A stretch of DNA of 64,000 nucleotides from Octopus sinensis (GCF_006345805.1 NC_043020.1:5952001-6016000); one strand, 5' to 3'. Counted from the first letter of the stretch, positions 12,778 through 26,707 are shown. Numbers and translations: made by a program. Notes: generated by a model not told the origin, from the sequence alone.

Positions 12778-15700
12778 CACACACATACACATATTCATAC
12801 ACATATATGTACACATGCTAATCTACTTAGTTAAGAAGCCATGTTTAGACAAGTTCTAATGACTTTCACACACACACACACACACACACACGATCACATG
12901 TTCACACACCAAGAAACATACGCTCCCATAACATTACACTGACATACACACACTCCTAATTCTCCTACAGAGAAACATTCAATGGGTACACACGTGCACA
13001 CACATACACGTGCACACACAAATAAAAATGCACGTTCTTTGTGATCTTTGTTTCTCTACAATTCTCCCCTCTTGTGTCCCGTTTTATTAACCACATTTTC
13101 TAACCCCTCCCCTCACACTGCCATGTGCTTCACATTTCACCAAATCTATCTAAACCATGAAGCTAGGGGTGGGAAATTAGTGCAAGTGGGCCTCTACCCC
13201 AGCAGTAATACCCACATAACAGTATGATTAGTGTGGGTTGGTTCCCTGTAAAAAGGTCCGGTGCCGATGCCATGTACGAAGCACTGGCGCCAGTGTCATG
13301 TAAAATGTGTTGGTGCCACATAAACGATACATGTGCTAATGTCACATAAAATGCACCCATGATAGTGCCACGTAAAAAGCAGTGGCACCGGTGCCATGTA
13401 AAAGGCACAGATGCTGGTATCATGTAAAAAGTATCCGTGCTGGTGCCACATAAAAAGCACCCAGCACCCTCTGTAAAGTTGCCGGCATTTGGAAGGGCAT
13501 CCAGCTGTAGAGACCCTGTCAAAGCAGAGACACCCGGAACCTGGTGCAGCTCTCCAACCTTGCCAAACCCTGTCAAACTGTCCAACCCATACCAGCATGG
13601 AAAACAGACATTCGATGATGATGATGATGGCCAATATTCAGTAATTCCTAATTTTTAATTACCAATTTCTTTATTGCCCACAAGGGGCTAACCATAGAGG
13701 GGACAAAGAAGTACAAGCAAACATATTAAGTTGATTACATTGACCCCAGTGCGCATCACTGGTACTTAATTTATTGACCCCGAAAGGATGAAAGGTAAAG
13801 TCTACCTCAGCGGAATTTGAACTCAGAACGCAGCAGCAGATGAAATACCACAAAGCATTTCGCTCGGCGTGCTAACGTTTCTGCCAGCTTGCCGCCTTCT
13901 AAATTTTTAATTACCATTTAACCAAGGGTGGAAGTGGAAGTGATATGACCTCTTCAGGACTTCCTCCCACATTAATGATGTAGGTAATATCCACCCTGAA
14001 TGTATCTGAAAGATAATGTCTTCAAAGAAGAGGGTGGATGAAGAGACACCAGGGAGACTGGTCTAAATGTATACAACTTTGCTAACGGTACCCCAGGGAC
14101 CAGGTGTTGGTGTTAAACTGGACGCTGTGTTAGGTTGACCAGCCAAGGATCAGATGATGGTGTTAAATTGGACCCTGTGTTAGGTCAACCAGCCCAAGAC
14201 CAGGTGGTGGGTGCTGGACTGGGCAGTATGTTATATTGACCACCCATGGACCATGTAGTGGTGTTATCTCCTCCTTCTCATTCAGAGCTAGATGTAACTG
14301 CCACTAGGTCGTTGTTTACCTTCTCTCAGATCAAAGATAATTTTAATAAATCAAGGACCAGGTGATGCTGTTAAACAGGACATTGTTTGGTTTATTAGTA
14401 CTAGTACTAGTAGTAGTAGTAGTAGTAGTTGAGACAAGGGAAGAGTTCAGCATGTTTGGTTGGCCAGTGGTTTGACTACAGTATATTCTTGTTAAAGAGA
14501 GGTTAATATTAAGAGAGGGACAATTGTCTTTTGGTATAGTTTACAATGATTGTGTGTGTATGTGTGTATGTATGTATGGAGCAATTCTGTGACCCAGATA
14601 TTTGGTGCAGGGTTCTCGTATTGTGCTTAGCGGCTGCATGGTTACAGTACAATGATTGAAACCAGTAAAATGTAAAAGATAAAGATATGTCTAAGTCTTG
14701 TGTCTTGCTAAAATTGCTGTGCTGATGACACCTATAGAGGCAGAAACACACATCCCTAGCTGTCACCTTGTCTCCAGAAATTAAACAGGCTGTCATTTCC
14801 TTAACAGCAAGTTAATTCCAGGAAACTTGATTTTTTGATGTTATCTCCTCCTTCTCATTCAGAGCTAGATGTAACTGCCACTAGGTTGTTGTTTACCTTC
14901 TTTCAATCCAAAGATAATTTTAATAAATCAAGCATTTATCTGGTAGGGTTATGAATATACCTCTCCTTCCCCCTATTTTATCATCCAAATTTAAACCACT
15001 GACCACTTTGAGTTATTTCCCTTAGATTGTTTTGATTACCTGTCTAGGTGCTGACATGGCTGTGTGGTAAGAAGCTTGCTTCCTAATCACATGGTTTCAG
15101 GTTCAGTCCCACTGTGCAGTACCTTGGGCAAGTTTCTTCTATTATAGTGCCAGGACTGACCAATATCTTGTCAGTGAAACTGGGAGACAGAAACTGTGTG
15201 GAGTTCCATCATGTGTGTGTGTGTGTGTACATGTGTCTATGTCTGCACGTGCATGTGTGTACATGTGCAAGTGTATGTGTGTGAGCATGTGTATGTGTGT
15301 GTGCATATGTGTGTGAGGATGTGTGTGTGTGTATGTGTATGTCTGTTTGTTCCCCCACCACCACTTGACAACCGGTGTTGGTGTATTTGCATCCAAGTAA
15401 CTTAGCAGTTCAACAAAAGAGATCGAGTACCCTAGAAATATAAAAAAAATAAGTACTGGGCTCAATTTGTTCGAATACATGTTTCAAGGTGGTGCTCCAG
15501 CTTGGCCACAGTCCAAGATAGATATCCACATCTTTTACATTTTACAAGTTTCAATCATGCACCTTTACCCTTTAAAGGTATAGATCCCTTCTCAAGTCAT
15601 GCCGATTGATAAGGGCCGGTTTTCCCCATTTCCATGGCGTATATATTCCCCACCTGGATAGGATGCCAGTCCTTCGCAGGGTTACTCACTTTTGCCAGCT

Positions 15701-16364
15701 GAGTGGACTGGAGCAACGTGAAATGAAGAGTTTTGCTCAAGAACACAATGCATTGCCCACTACAGGAATCGAAACCACAATCTTAAGATCATGAGTCCAA
15801 CACCCTAACCACTAAGCCATGTGCCTCCACCTGTGTGCGCTCTTGGTGGAATTGGCACAGGTGCCTTTTACGTGGCATTGGTACAGGTGATTCTTATGTG
15901 GTGCCAGCACAGGTGCTCTGTATGTGACACTGGCATCAGTGCCTTTTATGTGGAATTGGCATGGGTACCTACTATGTGGAAAGGGCATGGGTGGTGCTTA
16001 TGTGATGCCAGCATGGGTGCTTAGTACATAGCGTCGGCACAGGTCCTTTTTACGTGGGACCAGTACCCATTGGTTCACCGAGTGCTTGCAAGCCAAAGAC
16101 ATTTCAGCCGAGAGAGGGAAAGGAACGGAGAGAAGTGGCTGTGTGCCAGGCAGGGGATTCGTTGGTGTATGATAGAGGGCCGGGGATATGGATATCCATC
16201 TTACTACCGAGGGGGTGGAGATACTTGGCTACCCCTGTACAACAAGGAAGCGGAAGGAAGCGAGAGAAAGACAGACCAAAAAATATTTTTTTAGCCTTTT
16301 ATTCGTTTCAGCCATGCTGGAGCATGTCTAATTTATTAAATAAATTTGATATACCACTGTAGTA

Positions 16365-16526
16365 GGCGCAGGAGTGGCTGTGTGGTAAGTAGCTTGTTTA
16401 CCAACCACATGGTTTCAGGTTCAGTCCCACTGCGTGGCATCTTGGGCAAGTATCTTCTGCTATAGCCTTGGGCCGACCAAAGCCTTGTGAATGGATTTGG
16501 TAGACGGAAACTGAAAGAAGCCCGCC

Positions 16527-16578
<52 letters not shown>

Positions 16579-16795
16579 ATGTTTGTGTGTCTGTGTTTGT
16601 CCCTCTAGCATCGCTTGACAACCATGCTGGTGTGTTTACGTCCCCGTTACTCTATAGTGGTTCGGCAAAAAGAGACCGATAGAATAAGAACGGGGCTTAC
16701 AAAGAATAAGTTCCGGGGTCAATTTGATTCGACTGAAAAGGCGGTGCTCCAGCATGGCCGCAGTCAAATGACTGAAACAAGTAAAAGATAAAAGA
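16365..16795 (+). mobile_element. SINE family A
   Basis: Full-length match to the other copies. Confidence 0.8.
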
Positions 16796-17355
16796 GAAAT
16801 ACTATGTCAAATATATCAAGATTACAACAATTTTTGGTCACCATTTCAAGTGTTGCTCCCAGCAGAGCTACGCAGAGCCGGCACGGATCAATACCACCAG
16901 GAAACGGCCCTGGGTTTCTCATTGGCTCACATCACAGTATGGCATCATACGCTTATTTTCTCTCCTCCCACCACCCCCACCACCACCTGTCATCATCTTT
17001 GCAGCCACTGCACCAAAACTGGGTGCAGCTACAAACACTTAACGCTTGCAGCATCCACTTTTGTTTTACTATTGGTTGAGTAACCTGCATATATATATAT
17101 ATATCCTATTCATCTTCGCACCTCGCTCCTCTGTTGGGAAATAGTTGCTGTAGAGGTGAGAGGGGTCGTCATCAAGGTAGTAGCAGTAGTGAAATGGTGG
17201 TGGTGGTGGTAGTTGTTGTTAAACAGCTGATGTCAGCCAGGTATTGAGGTCAGGTTTACAATGAAATCTGGTGGCGTGAATTTAATATTTGCTTCTCAGG
17301 TTTATTTTTCTAGATTTTTTTTTTTTGAAATCAATAGGAATTATTCACCCATTTT

Positions 17356-17397
<42 letters not shown>

Positions 17398-17586
17398 CTT
17401 CTCTCATTTTCCCCCTCTATCCCCTCTCTCTTTCTCTCTCTGTTTCTGTCTTTCTTGTATTTTTCTATGTGTGTGTGTGTGTGTCTCATCCTGTCTCATC
17501 TCATCTTGTCAGACTACCTCCGTCCCCCCACCCGCTGTTTCTGTCCCCGTGAGTCTCACTTTCTGTGAGACTCACTGCATCTCTCT

Positions 17587-17618
<32 letters not shown>

Positions 17619-17889
17619 TAGCCTGTGCATCCATTCCTGTCTACCTCTTTCTCTCTTTGTCTACTTGTTTTGCTTGTCACTCCTACCTTAATTATCAAAT
17701 CTCTTTCATACACACATTCAATAGGTGTACTTCCCCACCCTCTCTCTCGTATATATATGTGTGTGTATACATAACATACAGATAGATAGATAGATAGATG
17801 AATGGATGTGTGTGTGTTTGTCTGTGTACAGTACATACACATTCTATAGGTGTATCTATGTGTTTATATATAAAAAAAGACAACACTCA

Positions 17890-18180
17890 AGCAGGAAGAT
17901 AGACAGACAAACGAGATAGATAGGCAGACAGACAGACATGATACATAGACAGACAGACAGACAGACAAATAGACAGATAAACAGATAGACAGACAAATAG
18001 ATATAGATAGACAGATAGATATAGATATACAGATAGATATAGATAGACAGATATAGATAGACAGTTAGATAGACAGACAGATGAACAGATAGACAGACGT
18101 GATAGACAAATAGATAGACAGACAAACAGACAGATAAAGATAGATAAAGACAGATAGATGAAGACTAATAGATAGATAGA
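17890..18180. repeat. (GATA/GACA)n tetranucleotide tract
   Basis: Direct inspection. A complementary (TCTA/TCTG)n tract lies at about 32090-32390 and (AAT)n at 42755-42905. Confidence 0.9.
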
Positions 18181-18311
18181 TGTTGTGTGTGTGTGTTTGT
18201 GTATAATGATCTTGGCATGACTCAGTGATTAAGAAATTTGCTTTGTAATCACAAAGTTCTGAGTTCAATCTTGCTACATGACATCTAATTTTTGTGTTTG
18301 TTCTATATATA

Positions 18312-18343
<32 letters not shown>

Positions 18344-18344
18344 C

Positions 18345-18375
<31 letters not shown>

Positions 18376-19099
18376 TTTAACCATAGCCTTAAATTACCTA
18401 AACTTCATGAGCGAAAGTGTTAAAGTGATCTTAATTAAAACCTTCCATCAAAATTTCATGTTAACTTCATCTCATGTTCCAAACACCTGCTCGTTAACGA
18501 CAAAATTGTTTTACTAAATTCTTCATTAATTTCAAAATCAATTGAAACAAAGGCAGTGTATACCAATATATATTTCTTTACTACCCACAAGGGGCTAAAC
18601 ACAGAGGGGACAAACAAGGACAGACATACGGATTAAGGCGATTACATCGACCCCAGTGCACAACCGGTACTTAATTTATCGACCCCGAAAGGATGAAAGG
18701 CAAAGTAGACCTCGGCGGAATTTGAACTCAGAACGTAACGGCAGACGAAATACGGCCACGCATTTTGCCCGGCGTGCTAACGGTTCTGCCAGCTCACCGC
18801 CTAATATAATTATAGCAGGAAAAGGGCTAATGAAGTGATAAAGACAATAAGAAGTGTTGGCATATTGTGTTGACATCGTGGCACTCCGTCGGTTACGACG
18901 ACGAGGGTTCCCGTCGATCTGATCAATGAAACAGTCTGCTAGGAAATCAACGTGCAAGTGGCTGAGCACTCCACAGACACGTGTACCCCTTGACATAGTT
19001 CCTACAGCATTAGAGCATTTTAGCTCTTTTTTCTAGCAGTAGAAATATTGTTTTTGAACCAAATGTTTTGCCATATTTTGGTACCTTATTTGTTTTAGT

Positions 19100-19345
19100 C
19101 TTCAAGTTACAGCAAAAGCAACCTTAACACTCAAAGTAGAGGCCATCGGGTTGCACCGTCTGAAGCCACTTTTTTCTGCCCTTTCTTTGGTCCCACACCA
19201 ATTCCAGTTCCTGTCCTTCCAGGCAATGGAGTCCTTCACTGGAGCTTCCACCTCTTCTGAGTTGAAGTGTCGTGAGTGCAGGATGTGAGCCACGGATTCG
19301 AACAAGTAGTAATCCAAGGCAGTTATATACTTCAAATGTTTGGTA
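19100..19345 (-). pseudogene. Mariner transposase C-terminal fragment
   Basis: DYYLFESVAHILHSRHFNSEEVEAPVKD...KDRNW, a frameshift, then WLQTVQPDGLYFEC*. Confidence 0.75.
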
Positions 19346-19548
19346 GTCGTTTTATATGACTGATGAAATTGGTGACTGATTGGCAAGACTGATGGACAAA
19401 ATGCTTGGCAATCTTTAATCCTGAGTCTTTATGGTCTGAGTTTAAATCTTGCCATGATTGAGATTTTGATTTTCATCTTTTTGGGGCTAATTAATTGATA
19501 CCAGTTTTGTACTAGGGTTGATATTAGCAACATTGGCAGAATCTTTAA

Positions 19549-19769
19549 CCCTTTAGCATTTAAACCGGTCATATCCAGCCAAATGTATTCTGCCTGTTTT
19601 ATGTTCAAACTGGCCAGATCTGGTCTCTCACACCAACCCTACAATATCATTTTAAAAATTAACAGCTACCTCATCAAAATCTCATAGCTACAAGATAATG
19701 CATGATTAATTCAAAACAATGTGGATAAAAAAGGATTAATTTTGGCAGAATAATGCGAACACTAAAGGG
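19549..19769. mobile_element. piggyBac-type MITE, second subfamily
   Basis: TTAA|CCCTTTAG...CTAAAGGG|TTAA. Confidence 0.8.
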
Positions 19770-20361
19770 TTAAAATGTTACACAAAATGTCTTGCTTTGT
19801 TAAGTTGTTTCTCTGTGCTTCGTGGGTTTAATTCCTATGATAATCAACATTTTGCCTTTCATCTTCTTGGGACCAAATAATAAATACCAATTTAATACAA
19901 GGGTCAACATAAGCAACATTAGTAGGGTCGTTGAAGTGTCACGAAAAATTGCCTTGCAGTATTTTTGTCAGGGTTTAATCAAATCCTTTCAGATCTCGAG
20001 TGAAAATCCCACTCAAATGGGCTTTTATCTATCATCATTCTTCAATCTTTAATCCATACCATGTCATGCCATTCCTCAGTTTGTCCTTGCCCATCATGTC
20101 TACAGCTGGGTCTCCATCATTTAGCATCATGGCGGCCCTTTCAGTCACATTTCAGATCCTTTATTTTTACACATTGTTGCCATGTCAACTTAGTCCTATC
20201 CTCCACTTGCTTGTCACCAGGAGCTTTTCGCTCCAGGTCCCTTCTCTGCTGGTCTCTTTCTATTACCCATTCTCAATACCTGACCCAGCCACCTTAACCT
20301 TCATGTTCCCACCATCACCTTTAGTTCCTTCTCTCCCGTTTTCCTAAATATTAGTGATTCA

Positions 20362-21195
20362 TTGTTAGTTGTCGGAGCACTGCATCCTTCAAAACTTCCA
20401 TGCTTCCTGAGATTCGCCAACACTACACCTGATTTTCTCTCCTCCATACACACGCAAGCATGTATCTGACTCATACATTGTTCGCTTTCCAGACACTTGT
20501 ACATTACTGCTTATACTTTATACGCACTTTCTGACAAGTTGTGGTGCACCTGAGCACTGTATACAATAATTTCATTATTATTATTATTAGAAATACTGTT
20601 TGAAGGATAATGGTGCAGACACCTTGGATGGAAACATATCCCGTGATATCATAACTGGTATCACTGCCATAGACAACAACAAGCAGACATACAAACTGTA
20701 GGCTGGAGTTTCAGTTGTTATACTGATGTATGTTAGTGTACAAACGTTGGTAGCCGTCATCATGGATACACTGAAACTCCGACGTCTGGCAGCTGACTTG
20801 GCAGACACTCGTAAAATTATTAACCATCTTACTAACAATAACTCTGAGCACCTTTTCAAACTCCACCTGTCTAACACCCGTGGACATGTTTACAAAGTCA
20901 GAAAACAGCACAGCTCCCATGACTTTAGGAAACATTTTTTCACGCTGAGAGTTGCTGAAGCATGGAACAAACTGCCATCATCAGTTGTTGGTTGTCGGAG
21001 CACTGCATCCTTCAAAACTTCCATGCATCCTGAGATTCACTAACATTACACCTGATTTTCTCCCCTCCATACACACACAAGCATGTATCTGACTCATACA
21101 TTGTTCACTTCCCAGACATTTGTACATTACTGCATATGCTTTATACACACTTTTGACAAGTTGTGGTGCACCTGAGCACTGTATACAATAATTTC
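20362..21195 (+). mobile_element. CR1-clade LINE 3' ends, partially duplicated (20362-20590 and 20745-21195)
   Basis: TLKLRRLAADL...TRGHVYKV...RKHFFTLRVAEAWNKLP...SFK. The 3' UTR occurs twice and the first copy ends in (ATT)n. Confidence 0.8.
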
Positions 21196-21999
21196 CTGAG
21201 GATACACCTGTGAAAAATTAAAAGGAAATATAAAAGGAGAAAGGGGCTCTCTACCCCACTTTTGACCAGGCTCCCGTGGCTTTTATGGGTTTTTCCACGA
21301 GTAACCTTTCGAAGCGCCTCCCCCTATTGGCAGTTTTAATTGTTACTTATATTTCGTTGTTATCCTGCTTTTGTACAGGGACCTTTTACAAACGGACAAA
21401 ACCCTTTGTAACTTTCGTCCTGTGTTTTGTCCCTACATGTTTTAATTGATTTTTGTTAGCCCTTGTGGCCAATAAACAAACGAATTATTATTATTATTAT
21501 TATCATCATCATCATTGGTTACAGCAGCAGCAGGTTGGTGACTTGCCCAAGCCAAAACAACACTTCCATGCCAGATGTCTTGATCAAGTGATATGGCCTG
21601 AATGTCTGGCTCAGGCTTCAGACACATTGATCTTCTGTTAACTGAAATATCTTATCTGTACACATCATGACTATGGAGAAAAGCAGTAGTTTGCTTATTG
21701 AATTGGTTGATGCTGGCCTTTTGACACTCTGATGTCTGTTCATCCGCATAGCATCAGTTTTATCCACACAGCAGCATCTAGTGGTGTTCATCATTGATTC
21801 AGTAAATTCCTTTGCTGAAATAGTTAACATCACGAGATGTCTTGATTGAATGATGAGGCATAAATGTCTGGCCTGTGTTTTAGTCACATCAGTCTTTCAT
21901 CAACCTCTTGCAGACAGATTTAGTACTGAGTCTGTACTGTGCACCCAGTATTAAGTCCATTCAGTTACTCTATAATTTTTCATAGAAGGAATTTTTACC

Positions 22000-22400
22000 G
22001 GCGTAGGAGTGGCTGTGTGGTAAGTAGCTTGTTTACCAACCACATGGTTCCGGGTTCAGTCCCACTGCGTGGCATCTTGGGCAAGTGTCTTCTACTATAG
22101 CCTCGGGCCGACCAAAGCCTTGTGAGTGGATTTGGTAGATGGAAACTGAAAGAAGCCCTTCATATATATGTATATGTATGTGTGTGTATATGCTTGTGTG
22201 TCTGCGTTTGTCCCCCCAGCATCGCTTGACAACCGATGCTGGTGTGTTTATGTCCCCGTCACTTAGCGGTTCGGGAAAAGAGACCGACAGAATAAGTACT
22301 AAGCTTACAAAGAATAAGTCCTGGGGTTGATTTGCTCGACTAAAGGCGGTGCTCCAGCATGGCCACAGTCACATGACTGAAACAAGTAAAAGAGTAAAGA
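22000..22400 (+). mobile_element. SINE family A
   Basis: Full-length match to the other copies. Confidence 0.8.
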
Positions 22401-22835
22401 GAGAGTGTATTTACCGATTCTTCTTAGTATGGTGGATTTGAAAAAATGGTGCCACACAGAGCACTGTTCACACACACAGCATTTCGATGTGATCAGTGTC
22501 CCACTTCTCGTCTGCAAGGAGTTAAGCTCAAATATCACATCTGTGCATGCCATGACTACAAATGATAGCAGTTGTTTGCTAACTAAACTGGTTGATCCCG
22601 GCCATTGACACTTTGTTGTCTGTTCGTCTGCTCAGCATCAAGAGATATTCATCACTGGGTCAATAAATTCATTTGCTGAAAGGGTTCTGTTGTGGTGGAC
22701 ACCCCCAGGTGAAATGTGGGCTGGTCCACTACTAATAGATAGTGAACTGACACGGTCAGTAATATCGGTCGGTGAAGGTACGCCGTTTGGACCAGTCCCG
22801 TAGAGATGACGGAATACATCGTCATCAGGGGACAC

Positions 22836-23067
22836 ATCAGTGGCTACGAGGGTTGAGACAATATCACCACTGGGACATAATATCAGTAGTGACCAGGGTT
22901 CAGATAATATCGTCACTGGGACATGATATCAGTGGTGACGAGGGTTGAGACAATATCACCACTGGGACATAATATCAGTAGTGACCAGGGTTCAGATAAT
23001 ATCGTCACTGGGACATGATATCAGTGGTGACGAGGGGGCTCAGACAATATCACCACTGGGGCATATC
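22836..23067. repeat. 46-bp minisatellite, five units alternating A/B (92-bp dimer)
   Basis: A: atatcagtggtgacgagggttgagacaatatcaccactgggacata. B: atatcagtagtgaccagggttcagataatatcgtcactgggacatg. Confidence 0.9.
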
Positions 23068-23956
23068 AAGTTCACATCCCCAGATGTCCTGATCAAGCAA
23101 TGCAGCATGAATGTCTGATCCTGTTTTTAGTCACATCAGCCTCCCTGTAACTGAAATATCTGAACTGGTTGGTCCTGGCCATTGACAGTTTATTGTCTGT
23201 CCCGCATCTGCTCAGCATCCAGTGATATTCACCATCAATCAAATGAAGTCATTTGCCAAAATATTTCACGCCCACCCTGCTGCATCCAATGATTTCAATA
23301 TACCCTGGCTCAGGTAGGTCTGTGTTATGCAAAACACAGGTGGGACCTGGACAGGTGCTACTACTCTGGGACAGTGTAGACCTGTGAACAATAGTGGCAA
23401 AGTGTTGATTCCACATTCCTCAAAACCCCGGAACTAACCAAACCAGAACCCTTCTACTGGATGAGTTTAAAATCTACCTAATTTTGTTCTAGCTTTTCCA
23501 ATTCTAAAATCACAGGTATGGCTGTGTGGTTAAGAGCCTTGCTTCCCATCCATGTGGTAAATTCCTAGTAGAAACCACAGTGAAACAAACATGCTTGTAT
23601 ATAGAGTCAGCTAGAATAATAGTTTAGAGCAACATTTTCAGCAGAAAAAGCATAAATTTCATATATACTTCATAATTTAATTGTGCTCAACAGCTGTTTC
23701 AATGGCATAAAACATCATTATGGAATTACATAGTTAAAATACATAATTGGTTAATTGAAATCTGTGTTTTACCCATTTGGTTAAGTGGATGCAATAGTAG
23801 TTCTAAAAATGTGCCACCTCTGCCTCCCTCCCTCTCTTTCTCTGTCGCTTCTCCCTCTTTAATCTAAACAAAATTTAAGTCTTTCTTTCTTCATAGTTGA
23901 CATCTGAACTGCTGATGTTTGATCCTTTCACTATCTTTCTTTTTCATATTTTACAG

Positions 23957-24140
23957 CTTCAGATTTGGGACACTGCTGGCCAGGAGAGATTTCGGACAAT
24001 CACACAGAGTTATTACAGAAGTGCCAACGGTGTGATCATTGCTTACGATGTGACAAAACGATCTTCATTCGACAATATTCCACGGTGGTTGGAAGATGTA
24101 AAGAAATACGCAGGATCAAACATAGTGCAACTAATTTTAG
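23957..24140 (+). CDS. RAB43: Rab43/Rab19-like small GTPase, internal coding exon (184 bp; G3 box, switch II, RabF motifs)
   Basis: Acceptor ttttacag|, donor |gtgagt. Translates [61 protein letters not shown](G). [13 protein letters not shown] and [10 protein letters not shown] match Rab43/Rab19 rather than Rab30. Confidence 0.95.
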
Positions 24141-24319
24141 GTGAGTTTGTGCTTCCATAATTAATAGCTAAGCTGCTGATCCCTGGCCAATTTTAGTTAT
24201 ACTTTAGTATTATCATGTTGAAGAGTTAAGCTGGTGTTAATATGTTTAATAATAAGTTTGTATTATTATATTCAATAGATTAGTGCTTACATATTTAATA
24301 AGTTAGCATTCCATTTTGA

Positions 24320-24701
24320 GTGGAGGCGCAATGGCCCAGTGGTTAGGGCAGCAGACTCGCGGACGTAGGATCGCGGTTTCAATTCCCAGACCGGGCGTTG
24401 TGAGTGTTTATTGAGCGAAAACACCTTAAGCTCCATGAGGCTCCGGCAGGGGATGGTGGTGATCCCTGCTGTACTCTTTCACCACAACTTTCTCTCACTC
24501 TTACTTCCTGTTTCTGTTGTACCTGTATTTCAAAGGGCCGGCCTTGTCACTCTCTGTGTCACACTGAATATCCCCGAGAACTATGTTAAGGGTACACGTG
24601 TCTGTGGAGTGCTCAGCCACTTACACGTTAATTTCACGAGCAGGCTGTTCCGTTGATCGGATCAACCGGAACCCTCATCGTCGTAACCGACAGAGTGCTT
24701 C
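24320..24701 (+). mobile_element. tRNA-derived SINE family B with TSD
   Basis: A-box TGGCCCAGTGG and B-box-like GTTTCAATTCC. 13-bp TSD CATTCCATTTTGA at 24307 and 24702. Confidence 0.85.
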
Positions 24702-25125
24702 CATTCCATTTTGAATAACAAGTCTGGACAAGTGTCTTTGATTATAGCCCTGGGTTGACCAAAGTCTTGAGAGGATTTGGTAGTGGAAACTGAAAGAAGC
24801 CCATCATATACATTCATGCACATAACTAACTTATATTGACATTTGGAAGGTCATCCAGCTGTAAAACTCGTGCAAAAACTAACCTCGCCTCTGCTAGTGC
24901 CACGTAAAAAGCACTGAGTCTACTCTGCAGAGTGGTTGGTGTTAGAAAGGGCATCCAGCCATGAAAACCCTGCCAAAACAGACACGGTAGTATAGGGTAG
25001 TTTTTCCACCTGGCAAGCCCCTATGAATTATCCTACCCATGGAAGATGTCAACACTGGCAGAATATTATTAAGGTATTACAATGGCATTAAAGAAACAGT
25101 GACGATATCAGCATTACACCATAAA

Positions 25126-25516
25126 GGTGCGGGAGTGGCTGTGTGGTAAGTAGCTTGTTTACCAACCACATGGTTCTGGGTTCAGTCCCATTGCGTGGCA
25201 TCTTGGGCAAGTGTCTTCTTCTATAGCCTCGGGCCGACCAAAGCCTTGTGAGTGGATTTGGTAGACGGAAACTGAAAGAAGCCCATTGTATACATATATA
25301 TATATGTGCATGTGTGTATTTGTGTGTGTCCCCCTAGCATTGCTTGGCAACCGATGCTGGTGTGTTTATGTCCCCGTTACTTAGCGGTTCGGCAAAAGAG
25401 ACCGATAGAATAAGTACTGGGCTTACAAAAGAATAAGTCCCGGGGTCGAGTTGCTCGATTAAAGGCGGTGCTCCAGCATGGCTGCAGTCAAATGACTGAA
25501 ACAAGTAAAAGAGTAA
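25126..25516 (+). mobile_element. SINE family A in a Rab43 intron
   Basis: Full-length match to the other copies. Confidence 0.8.
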
Positions 25517-26707
25517 ATATCTGGGATATCATAATTGTATCCATCCATCTTCTCCTCCAACTCTTCCTCAGTTTGTTGGAGTAGAGTCCTCAGGTACCTC
25601 CTCCATGGGGTTCTATAATAAGCAACCATCATTACACTTCCTGGCTGGACACCCAAGCTTGACCAGTTGAGTTGGTGAATATTGTCCATCGGTCTTGTTC
25701 TTGCTCTCTCCCAAGGTCTCCCGTTGGTTGGCTTGTCATAAATAGTCATAAATAGTTGAACTATTCTTTTCTGCTCTGGGCACAAGGCCCGAAATTTTTA
25801 GGGAGGGGCGGGCGGGGCAGTCGATTAGATTGACCCCTGTATGCAACTGATGCTTAATTTATCGACTGCCGAAAGGATGGAAGACAAAGTCAACCTTGGA
25901 GGAATTTGAAATAAATAGTTAAAATATTGACACCATGACATTATTATATCACATAATTATTAAGATATCATAACTGGATGACAATATTTTGTATTACATC
26001 CACTGAGGGGAACCATCATGCTGTCATCATCGTCATCATATAACATCTGTTTCCCATGCTGGCATGGGTTGGACAGTTTGACAGAAGCTAGCAAGCCAGA
26101 GGTCTGCACCAATCTCCAGTCATCTGTGTAGCATGGTTTCTACACCTGGATGCCCTTCCTAACGCCAGCCACTTTACAAAATGTACTGGGTGCCTTTTAC
26201 GTGGTGCCTGCACCATGTAAAAGATAGAAATGGATGGGGATTAATATAGGCGAGTCATGTGAATCTGAGAAAACTTGACTTGAAGACAACGGTTATCATC
26301 ATCATCGTTTAGCATCTGCTTTCCATGCTGGCATGGGTTGGACGGTTCAACTGGGGTCTGGGAAGCCAGAAGGCTGCACCAGGCCCAGTCTGATTTGGCA
26401 ATGTTTCTACAGCTGGATGCCCTTCCTAACGCCAACCACTCCGAGAGTATAGTGGGTGCTTTTTACGTGCCAGATGAGGCTGGCAAACGGCCATGATTGG
26501 ATGGTGCTTTTTACGTGCCACCGGCATGGAGGCCAGTCGGGGTGGCGCTGGCAACAGCCATGTTCGGATGGTTCTCTTACGTGCCACCAGCAATGGTATC
26601 ATAGCTACAATTTCCATTGATGTTGATCGATTTCGATTTTGATACTTAAACTATAACCCCTGTGTGAAGGTGTCCCTTTAAACAACCACTAACCTTATTA
26701 TTTGCAG

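Noticed and set aside
22836-23067. CRISPR-like array (also considered for 57.1 and 51.2 kb)
   Set aside because: There are no unique spacers and no cas genes, and the context is eukaryotic.
1-23956. First coding exon(s) of Rab43 (G1 GxxxxGKT, TIGVDF)
   Set aside because: I found no such motif in any non-repeat stretch. It probably lies upstream of the window, but I may have missed it by eye.
24320-24395. tRNA genes in SINE heads
   Set aside because: A and B boxes are present but there is no complete cloverleaf or acceptor stem, and they run into SINE bodies with TSDs.
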